A stretch of DNA of 64,000 nucleotides, from positions 1 to 64,000 of IMG/VR virus record IMGVR_UViG_3300028833_000109; one strand, written 5' to 3'. A program made the translations under genes and the position numbers. Below, piece after piece: positions 56,500 to 64,000 of the stretch (its first letter is position 1; each line of letters starts with the position of its first letter). Under the pieces are notes generated by a model, which saw only the letters and a list, made by a program, of their open reading frames with translations, was not told the DNA's origin and searched no databases. The stretch is from a virus (Duplodnaviria; Caudoviricetes).

Positions 56500-57321
56500 A
56501 TGGAGAGAGACATTCTCATTCAAAATCTCAGGACTAAGGTTGGAGAAGACAACTGCAAGTCCATCAGTGACAAGACGTTTGAGGGTATCGCTGACGTGTA
56601 CCTTCCCATGTTTGCCGATGATTCGGCAATTACCGACGAGACGTGGAAATTCCCCGTTGCCGCTCTTAACGAGTTCGCAGGGCAGAAGCGCCACGACGAG
56701 AAGGCATTCGCAGAGAAGTTCAAGGCCGACTACGCCAAGCAGTACGATGAACAGCACAAGAAAGATGTTGAAGACCGTATCGCAAAGGCCGTAGAGAAGG
56801 CCGTTGAAGAGTACAAGAGCCAGCACCCCGACAAGAAGACCGGCGAAGACGGAAGCAAAGAGCCAGAGAACCTGGACGAGCGAATCGGCAACGCAGTCGC
56901 CAATGCTCTCGCAAAGCTCACGGGCGAAGAGGGAGAAATCGGCAAGTTGTCGAAGACCGTCACCGATTTCATGAAGTCACAGGCCGACAGGGAGAAGACC
57001 GAGGCCAAAAACCGTGTCAAGGCGCAACTCCGCAAGCACCTCATTGACCTCAAGGCCAACAACGAGGCTTGCGTTGACGATGCTTTGGGTGACATCGAAT
57101 ATGGAGAGAAACCCACGTTCGACGAACTCAAGCAGTCGGCGATTGACGCCTATGAGAAGCGTTACAAGCGCTACTACGGCGACGGAGGAAAACCCTTCGG
57201 CGGTGATAGTGGCGGCACGGGTGGCAGCGCGGATTTCGTGAAAGAGCGCATTGAAAAACTCAAAGAGGAAAACAAGCGCAACGCGAACTATGCTGCCGAA
57301 ATTAGCAAAGACTTTAAGTAA
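56500..57321 (+). CDS. Capsid scaffolding protein (putative)
   Basis: Charged helical protein upstream of the capsid genes. Confidence 0.55.
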   Translation: MERDILIQNLRTKVGEDNCKSISDKTFEGIADVYLPMFADDSAITDETWKFPVAALNEFAGQKRHDEKAFAEKFKADYAKQYDEQHKKDVEDRIAKAVEKAVEEYKSQHPDKKTGEDGSKEPENLDERIGNAVANALAKLTGEEGEIGKLSKTVTDFMKSQADREKTEAKNRVKAQLRKHLIDLKANNEACVDDALGDIEYGEKPTFDELKQSAIDAYEKRYKRYYGDGGKPFGGDSGGTGGSADFVKERIEKLKEENKRNANYAAEISKDFK

Positions 57322-57345
57322 CACACAACAAGTAAACAAGTTAAC

Positions 57346-58011
57346 ATGAGAGGAACAATCAACAATTATGTGAAGTGGAGCTCGAACTTCGGCGGTGTCC
57401 GCAAGTGTTTCGAGGGTCACACTATCGTTGCCGTTGGCGGTTTCAGCATCGACCTCGATGACATGCCCACTTATGGCAACGCACTGGCCGCAGGTACTCC
57501 CGTGTACGCTGACGAGCAAGCCCGCACCATCGTGCCTCTTTACACCTTTAAGGTTGTGGCTGTTGACGGCACTTCTGCCACGAAGACCATCACCGTTGAG
57601 AAGCACGAGAACGGCACGACCGCAAAGGTCGGCATGAAACTCGGTGTTGTAGGCTCAAACCTCGGCACTGCCGTTTCAAACGTGGCTACCGTTACCGCAA
57701 TCGACAGCAGCAATGCTGGCTACGATGTTCTTTCCGTTGATGCCGTTGCGTCTGGCGGTACCGCCTTCATCGCAGCGAACGACATCCTTGCCGAGTTCAA
57801 CGGAACCACCAAGAAGGTCAAGGTCGTTCCCAACGGCTTGACTTATCGTGACAACGTGCTTGACCCCGACGCTACGGCGATGGACGTTGACTACATCTGG
57901 AACTGCATGGAGAAGCCCGTGCTTGAGCGCCGTATGCCGCCTCTGACTGACAGTCTCAAGGCCGCGTTGCTCGCCAATGGCTGCTTCTTCCGTTTCTCTA
58001 ACCGCAAGTAA
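57346..58011 (+). CDS. Head decoration/stabilising protein (putative)
   Basis: Position; AGTP motif; high-expression codon bias. Confidence 0.55.
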   Translation: MRGTINNYVKWSSNFGGVRKCFEGHTIVAVGGFSIDLDDMPTYGNALAAGTPVYADEQARTIVPLYTFKVVAVDGTSATKTITVEKHENGTTAKVGMKLGVVGSNLGTAVSNVATVTAIDSSNAGYDVLSVDAVASGGTAFIAANDILAEFNGTTKKVKVVPNGLTYRDNVLDPDATAMDVDYIWNCMEKPVLERRMPPLTDSLKAALLANGCFFRFSNRK

Positions 58012-58029
58012 AGAAAGGAGGACTAAAAG

Positions 58030-59166
58030 ATGATCGACAAGAATCTTTTCACCATTGGTGGTCTGTACAACTACCTTAACGCAGAGAGTTTCGGTGTTGT
58101 TCTGGACAACGTGAACGCAAAGTACAACGATGCCATCTGGCGTCGCTACGCAGACTGGGGTGTTCCCAGCAATGAGCGCGAGTGGAAGCAGGGAGTGAAG
58201 AAGACTCCTATCCTCGTTCGTGCAAGCGTTTTGGGTACTCATTCCGAGAAGCCCCAGCGCAGCACCCAGGGTTGGGAAATCTACGGAGGTACCTTGCCCA
58301 AGATTGGTCACGGCTTCAGCATCACTGAGGATGATATGATTGAGTTGCGCCGTATCGCAAAGCTCAACGACCTCACTTTCGGCGAGTCGCTTATCGACGC
58401 ATTCATCAACAACTCAGGCAACATGCTTGGTGGCGTACACAACGAGTTGTCGTACATGACCTTGCAGGCGCTTTCGACTGGTGGTATCCACGATGTTGCC
58501 ATTGATGGTTTCCGCTACGATTTCGACTTCCAGATTCCCGATGCCAACTTCACCGCGCCCGCTTCTGGCTCCGAGTGGTTCAACACCAACGGCACTGCCA
58601 ACACCAGCGCAGACCCCATCGAGGACTTTATGACCTTCCAGTCTTATTTCACCGACACTCTTTCGCTCGGTGTTGACCACTGGAAGATTTCAAAGACCTT
58701 GCTGGACAACATCCTCAAGCATCCCGCTGTGACTGCCGCTTACAAGGCTGGCAAGAACTTCTATGCTCCCGACAACGTGAAGGTTGTCAAGAGCGACCTG
58801 CTTGCATGGATGCACGACGAGATGGGCATCTGGCCTTTCGACGTGATTGACTTCAAGACCCGCCATGAGGAAGACGGCAAGCCCGTCAACGACGCACCCG
58901 CGTTCGATGTACACAACATGGCCGCTTGCAGCCGCTCCTACAAGCCCTTTGAGATGAAGTGTATGCGCAGCATCCTCGCTGACCGCGCATCCCTCGGCGC
59001 ACACAACGACAGCGTGCGCACCACTCTGGTTGAGGGTCGCATCGCCGTGCAGGATGTATGGCATGACCGTCCCATGATGAACATCGTGGACTGCGAACTC
59101 TACGCTGGCCCCGTGTTCAACAACGTGAACGATTACGGTATTGTTACCGTATGGTCTGAGTCGTAA
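58030..59166 (+). CDS. Major capsid protein
   Basis: 378 aa; lambda gpE-like features (LQALSTG, DF.IP.AN, W....ADPI.D); position. Confidence 0.75.
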   Translation: MIDKNLFTIGGLYNYLNAESFGVVLDNVNAKYNDAIWRRYADWGVPSNEREWKQGVKKTPILVRASVLGTHSEKPQRSTQGWEIYGGTLPKIGHGFSITEDDMIELRRIAKLNDLTFGESLIDAFINNSGNMLGGVHNELSYMTLQALSTGGIHDVAIDGFRYDFDFQIPDANFTAPASGSEWFNTNGTANTSADPIEDFMTFQSYFTDTLSLGVDHWKISKTLLDNILKHPAVTAAYKAGKNFYAPDNVKVVKSDLLAWMHDEMGIWPFDVIDFKTRHEEDGKPVNDAPAFDVHNMAACSRSYKPFEMKCMRSILADRASLGAHNDSVRTTLVEGRIAVQDVWHDRPMMNIVDCELYAGPVFNNVNDYGIVTVWSES

Positions 59167-59197
59167 ATTTACGCAAACGTGACCTGAGACAACAACT

Positions 59198-59599
59198 ATG
59201 GCAACGGAAAACAGGACTGTGATTGATTACATCAACGGATTTTTCCCTGGTGCTAACGTCACTGAAACCATCATCGCCAACATCCTTTTCAAGACAGGCG
59301 TTGACCCCGAAGCCTCGCAGTGGGATTTGGATGAGCGTCAGCGTGACTTGATTTACGCTTACCTCATCCTCTATCTCGCCCCAGGTGCGGGGTCGTCGCA
59401 GAGGGTCACCGACAGGGATGGCGACTGGGAACACTCGGAGAGTACGAGCGCATGGACTTACTCCGACAGGAGCAATCTCTTGCGCTTGGCTCGCGCCTTG
59501 CTCGCAAAGTGGGGTATCGAGGATGAACTCGCAGATGTCGCAGGCGGCAAATGGGGTTTTAAGGGTACTGGTTTCCGTAAAATCCGCAGACATCCGTAA
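59198..59599 (+). CDS. Head-tail adaptor (putative)
   Basis: Position and size. Confidence 0.5.
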   Translation: MATENRTVIDYINGFFPGANVTETIIANILFKTGVDPEASQWDLDERQRDLIYAYLILYLAPGAGSSQRVTDRDGDWEHSESTSAWTYSDRSNLLRLARALLAKWGIEDELADVAGGKWGFKGTGFRKIRRHP

Positions 59600-59603
59600 C
59601 GTC

Positions 59604-60032
59604 ATGGCAGTTGACAATCCCCGCTTTCCGCACTTCTGTAGAATCATCCGATTCGCGGAGGTAAGTCCGATGGAAGACCAGACCATCGTGTCGGATGCTA
59701 TGTCCGACGAGGTAGGTCAGTGTTGCATCGGATGCGCCTGTTCGGACTGCGATTGCCCTTGTGCCAGTGCTGGCGAAGGGGCGACGGTAATCTACAGAGG
59801 TGTTTGCAGGGGTTACAGCCGTGACACCGTTTCCGACAATGGCGATGTTAACGCATCGTACCGCTGGCTCTCTTTGCCGACAAAGCAGGACGAGTGGACG
59901 GAAGAAACCATTCCGTTGGAAGGTGACAAGGTGATACTGCAACGCTACGGGTATAGGGAATACGGGCTTGTCGTTGACAAGCGACCGAGCAACTTGGGTA
60001 CTCACATCCTTTGGAAGTATGTCCGCAACTAA
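59604..60032 (+). CDS. Head closure protein (putative)
   Basis: NPRFPH start; position. Confidence 0.5.
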   Translation: MAVDNPRFPHFCRIIRFAEVSPMEDQTIVSDAMSDEVGQCCIGCACSDCDCPCASAGEGATVIYRGVCRGYSRDTVSDNGDVNASYRWLSLPTKQDEWTEETIPLEGDKVILQRYGYREYGLVVDKRPSNLGTHILWKYVRN

Positions 60033-60576
60033 CAAGCACATACTTGACGCTATCGACGATTACCGCAAGAAGATAATCGACGAGGTGGAGAGGCGGTGCA
60101 GGGATTACTGCCAAGACTTGTGTTGGGCTGCTATCCGTTACAGGAGAGAAAACCCAGACGCGCATGACTTCACGGGAAATCTCCTCAGTTCGATTGTTGT
60201 ATGCTTGTATCGGGAGAGAAAGCCACTTACAGCATACTACGCTTCGGAGCAGTTCATTCCCAAGGCAATCCAAGTCAAGATGTCCGCGAACAACAAGTAT
60301 CGAAAGAGATATTTCTTTAATCCGGACTATTCGGGTGATACGAGCATGTTTCGCGCAGATGTGAAGACGGACAAAGGGTGGGGTGAAAATGATGCAAGGC
60401 TTTTCTTTAACTCTTTTACACCAAAAGGTAATAATCTATTCGATATTGTCGTGGCATACCCTGTTGAGTATGCTGACATCATCGAGAACGAGAGGAGCAC
60501 GACTGGTATCATTGACACTTACACCCACGCAGAGAAGGTTGGAGTATTTTGGCTAAAACTCGTAAGGAAATCATAA
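60019..60576 (+). CDS. Neck/tail completion protein (putative)
   Basis: TGNLLSSI and VEYA..E motifs. Confidence 0.55.
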   Translation: MSATNKHILDAIDDYRKKIIDEVERRCRDYCQDLCWAAIRYRRENPDAHDFTGNLLSSIVVCLYRERKPLTAYYASEQFIPKAIQVKMSANNKYRKRYFFNPDYSGDTSMFRADVKTDKGWGENDARLFFNSFTPKGNNLFDIVVAYPVEYADIIENERSTTGIIDTYTHAEKVGVFWLKLVRKS

Positions 60577-60977
60577 TGGCGAACGACACATTTCTATATA
60601 AGATTTTTAACGACCTCGTAAACGCAGCGGAGAAGACTGGCAAGCCAGTCTATCTTGAGCGTCCGAAATCGTTGAAGTCGGAAGTGACGCAGTTCGTCGT
60701 CGTTTCCTTGCCAGCGCAGATTTACGGAATGGTAAAGGGTGGGCTTGGTTTCCGCTCTGGCTCAAACGGCTTGATTTCCGTTTTCTGCAAAGCCAAGACC
60801 GATGGCACCATGAATGTCAACGCGCAATCCAACCTTGTCCAGCAAGTGCTCGACTTGTTCCCTATTGTCGGCGATGCCGTAGAAGCGTCAAATCCTGCAA
60901 TCTTGATGCAAGGAAGTGACGGTTACGGCTATCAGGTTACGCAAATCACATTCAAATTAAGAACGATCAAATCTTAA
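60576..60977 (+). CDS. Tail terminator (putative)
   Basis: Position before the tail tube. Confidence 0.5.
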   Translation: MANDTFLYKIFNDLVNAAEKTGKPVYLERPKSLKSEVTQFVVVSLPAQIYGMVKGGLGFRSGSNGLISVFCKAKTDGTMNVNAQSNLVQQVLDLFPIVGDAVEASNPAILMQGSDGYGYQVTQITFKLRTIKS

Positions 60978-60992
60978 ATAAACGATTAAACT

Positions 60993-61628
60993 ATGGCAGA
61001 TTCAACTATTGTAAAGAAAGCGTCTTTGCAGCCCAATGTCTTTGAAGGCATTAGCGCAATTTTCGCCGTTGAAGGTGGTTTCACTTTCAGCGGCTCTGCG
61101 GCAAACGGCTTCACTCTGTCTCTTGCAGAGAACAAGACTTTGCTTGAGTTCCCCTGCTCCGAGGATAGCGGTTTCAGTTTCGACACTGGTGCTCCCTCAA
61201 TCGAGCACTTCAAGGTTCATGGTTTGAACGCCGACTGGGTATCCACGTTCACCCCTGGTGACACCGAGTTGAGCATCGAGATTCCCTGCCACGACACGCA
61301 GATTATGCAGTTGTGTTTCGGTTCGGAAGGTGCTGACACGCAGATCACCCTGCCTGTCGGTGCGTTGAAGACCCCAAACATTGTAACCGCTATCGCAAGC
61401 GGCAAGTCATTTGGTGCTGCGCAGAAGTCCGTTGAGCTCGGTCTGCTCATCCTCGATGACACCGAGCAGCGTTTGTTCTACGTCAAGAAGGCAAAACTTA
61501 CCGCACAGGTGACCTTCGACGGCAGCAACAAGCCTCTCTGCGTTGTGCTGAGTGGTTCGCTCTCCGAGTCTGGTGACGGCGCGTTCGGTATCTTGGATAT
61601 TGCAACCACCACCACCTCTAACGGCTAA
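60993..61628 (+). CDS. Major tail tube protein (putative)
   Basis: 211 aa beta-rich; position; followed by a hairpin. Confidence 0.6.
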   Translation: MADSTIVKKASLQPNVFEGISAIFAVEGGFTFSGSAANGFTLSLAENKTLLEFPCSEDSGFSFDTGAPSIEHFKVHGLNADWVSTFTPGDTELSIEIPCHDTQIMQLCFGSEGADTQITLPVGALKTPNIVTAIASGKSFGAAQKSVELGLLILDDTEQRLFYVKKAKLTAQVTFDGSNKPLCVVLSGSLSESGDGAFGILDIATTTTSNG

Positions 61629-61720
61629 TTTGGAAATTCCACAATCGAGTACTTCAAGGTTCACGGCAACAACAAGGGCAGTGGTGGGTTGACTGCCATT
61701 GCCCTTATTAATTTAATCAC

Positions 61721-62272
61721 ATGAAGAAAAAGGAAATTCCAGAGCAAGTGCTTGAGCAACCGACCCTCGATGCACAGCAGGCGTACCTGTCGCTTATAAA
61801 CAATGACCCCACCGAGGTGCAGGTTCTCCGTACGAGCAAGAAATACAAGGTGCGCTGGCTCAAAAACGGGCAGTTGGAGAAACTCACCCGACTGCTGATT
61901 AAGGCAGGCAAAACCGATAATGTCAAGTCGTCGGGCATTGACGCTCTTGACGAGATTTTGCAGGACTGCAAGCTGGCCTGCAAAGCAGCGGCCATCATCA
62001 CGCTCAACGGCTACTGGTCAGTCAAGTTCAAGTACTGGTTCCGTTGGAGATGGTTCTACTACATCCGTCAGTACGACAACATCCAGTTAGACGCTATCCT
62101 CGACATCGGCAAAAAAAAAGTTCCGCTGATGCAGTACTACAGGACTATCATGTCCTTGACCGAGGCGAGGGATTCGCTGATGAGGATGAGAGCGAAGGAA
62201 GTAGACGCTACCCTTCAAGAACTAAGTATGGCGCAGCGTTCGCAGACCGAAAGCAACTCCAGTGGCTCGTGA
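61721..62272 (+). CDS. Tail assembly chaperone (putative)
   Basis: Follows the tail tube; A9G slippery run 62111-62120. Confidence 0.55.
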   Translation: MKKKEIPEQVLEQPTLDAQQAYLSLINNDPTEVQVLRTSKKYKVRWLKNGQLEKLTRLLIKAGKTDNVKSSGIDALDEILQDCKLACKAAAIITLNGYWSVKFKYWFRWRWFYYIRQYDNIQLDAILDIGKKKVPLMQYYRTIMSLTEARDSLMRMRAKEVDATLQELSMAQRSQTESNSSGS

Positions 62273-62565
62273 TGCCGAGGGATTACTTCGGCTTTTGGAG
62301 AGTGCCTATGTACGAGTACTATTGGGGTTGCACTGCGGCTCAAATACAGTTAATGATGGCAGATTGCCCGTTAACGCTCTACAAGAGGCACGACCCTAAC
62401 GAAGGCAAGAAGCCAGGCGACCCAGGCTGGGTTTCCGACCCGAAGAAACTTGACGCGGCTGTCGAGAAGTGGAAGAAGCGCAAGAAGGCGAGAGAAGAGC
62501 GGGGTTTCGACCTCAACAAGTTATTGAACACTGGCGAGAAAGTTCCTGTCGAAAAAGAACAATGA
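62272..62565 (+). CDS. Tail assembly chaperone extension (gpT-like)
   Basis: -1 frame open from 62044; TGATG overlap at 62270-62274. Confidence 0.5.
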   Translation: MPRDYFGFWRVPMYEYYWGCTAAQIQLMMADCPLTLYKRHDPNEGKKPGDPGWVSDPKKLDAAVEKWKKRKKAREERGFDLNKLLNTGEKVPVEKEQ

Positions 62566-62807
62566 CCGTCTATGATATTGTGTCGCTTAACCGCGAACTG
62601 CTGAAAAGACTGCACAAAAACGGCATTAAGACCGATGACTACAAATGGCTTGATTTATACAACGATTACATGCAGATGAAAGCCGAAGGCAATAAGACAA
62701 GTTACATTGTCGCAAAACTTTCTTGCAGGTATAAAGTGTGTGAGCGTCAAGTGTTTAAAGTGGTCAAAAAGATGGGTCAAAACTGCCAAAAACGTGCAGT
62801 GAAATGA
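62562..62807 (+). CDS. Small HTH-like protein
   Basis: K.SYIVA.LS..Y.V.ER.V..V. Confidence 0.55.
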   Translation: MTVYDIVSLNRELLKRLHKNGIKTDDYKWLDLYNDYMQMKAEGNKTSYIVAKLSCRYKVCERQVFKVVKKMGQNCQKRAVK

Positions 62808-62907
62808 CAAAGGATTATGTTACGATATAGGGTTTGGTGTGGTAATTTTGCCATGTCGATGCGCATAGACAAATTAACTAACACAAACTTTAAATCTAAC
62901 ACAAACA

Positions 62908-63792
62908 ATGGCTGAAATTTATCAGTTGCCTGACAACGGCAGCAACAATGGTAGCAACATTCCTTTTTCAATTCCTATCGGTGGTTTCAATGGTGGCGGT
63001 TTCGGTTTCGGAAACGGCATGAACGGCATCGCTGATTTGTTCGGTCTCGCAATCATCGCCTCGATGTTCGGTTGGGGCAACGGAGGCTGGGGCAACGGTT
63101 TCATGGGCGGCGGCAATGCAGGCACTGCATACCTCGGCAACATGATTTCCAACGACAGCGGTCGTGAACTGGTCATGAACGCCATCACCTCGCAGGGTGA
63201 GGCAAGCCGCAGCGCAATCCAGAACCTCGCAACCACCATCGGCCAGGACTTCAACCTCGTGAATGCCGGTGTCACCAACGTGCAGAACGCGCTCAACACC
63301 CTCGCATTGCAGAATGCAGTGAGTGTTCCTCAGATCATCAACGCCATCCAGAGTGGTGATGCAAGCCTTGCAAGCCAGTTGTGCAAGTGCTGCTGCGACA
63401 ACCAGTTGGCCATGTGTCAGCAGACGAATGCCCTACAAACGCAGGCTGACCGCAACGCCAATGCTTTGATGCAGGCCATCAACGCTCAGACCGTTGCGAT
63501 GAACGACCAGTTCTGCGCCTTGAAGGAGCGTGAGTTGCAGTCGAAGATTGACACGCAGGCCGACATCATCACCCAGTTGCGCGGACAGATTGACAACGCC
63601 AACCAGACCGCAGCCATCACGGGTTATGTCAACGGACTCGTTGCTCCCTTGCAGGCCAAGGTGACCGAGATTGCTGATAAGATGCCTTCGACTGTGCCGG
63701 TTCAATGGCCTCAGTTGACCGCAGTCAACACCACACCCTATGTGAATGGCGGTTTTTACGGCAATGGCTTTGGCAACAACGTAATGTTTTAA
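62908..63792 (+). CDS. Gly-rich membrane/coiled-coil phage protein
   Basis: GFGFG/GWG N-terminus, CCC motif, Gln-rich coil. Confidence 0.7.
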   Translation: MAEIYQLPDNGSNNGSNIPFSIPIGGFNGGGFGFGNGMNGIADLFGLAIIASMFGWGNGGWGNGFMGGGNAGTAYLGNMISNDSGRELVMNAITSQGEASRSAIQNLATTIGQDFNLVNAGVTNVQNALNTLALQNAVSVPQIINAIQSGDASLASQLCKCCCDNQLAMCQQTNALQTQADRNANALMQAINAQTVAMNDQFCALKERELQSKIDTQADIITQLRGQIDNANQTAAITGYVNGLVAPLQAKVTEIADKMPSTVPVQWPQLTAVNTTPYVNGGFYGNGFGNNVMF

Positions 63793-63795
63793 GTC

Positions 63796-64000
63796 ATGGG
63801 ATGTTTCAATGTAATAACTAACGTCAACGGAGCGCCTTACATCGCCACTACCAATGTGACGGTCGGAACGGATGCAGTGGACTTTGCGCTGGGTTTCCAT
63901 CGCTTGCAGCCTGTCGGCTATTTCACCGTCAGGATTGCCAATGCGATTCCAACGGGAACAACGGCGACACTGCCCATCACGTTGACCATGAACGGCACGA
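63796..64000 (+). CDS. Hypothetical protein (partial)
   Basis: MGCFNVITNVNGAPYI..., open to the window end. Confidence 0.6.
   Translation, partial: MGCFNVITNVNGAPYIATTNVTVGTDAVDFALGFHRLQPVGYFTVRIANAIPTGTTATLPITLTMNGT

Noticed and set aside
1-64000. Stop-codon reassignment or a diversity-generating retroelement
   Set aside because: Core genes are intact under code 11, the MTase modules change frame rather than read through stops, and no reverse transcriptase is present

Overview
The window is a 64 kb piece of a temperate, tailed (siphovirus-like) phage of a Bacteroidota host. The host call is inferred from TAnnTTTG/TTTG promoters and A-rich, SD-less start contexts. Left to right it contains: replication initiator and DnaC-like loader; integrase with an apparently intact attP; repressor/Xis switch; a recombination/methylation operon (7.6-27.3 kb, +); a leftward array of about 22 small early genes with a conserved structured leader (28-41 kb, -); a skewed non-coding, repeat-rich region (41-44 kb); D5-type helicase and dUTPase; two amino-MTases; an HNH; portal and intein-containing TerL; and head and tail genes. 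Two systems stand out. (1) A catalytically dead, C-terminally truncated TnpB/Cas12f-like protein (15120-16253) sits between two CRISPR mini-arrays with different repeats. Each array is preceded by its own co-varying tracrRNA-like anti-repeat, and no cas1/cas2 is present. (2) A C5 DNA methyltransferase is split into N- and C-terminal genes separated by seven overlapping mini-ORFs that resemble target-recognition modules, six with their own poly-G/poly-C tract. Both amino-MTases also carry slippery homopolymers, which suggests a combinatorially phase-variable methylome. All calls come from reading the sequence by eye; no database searches were run.
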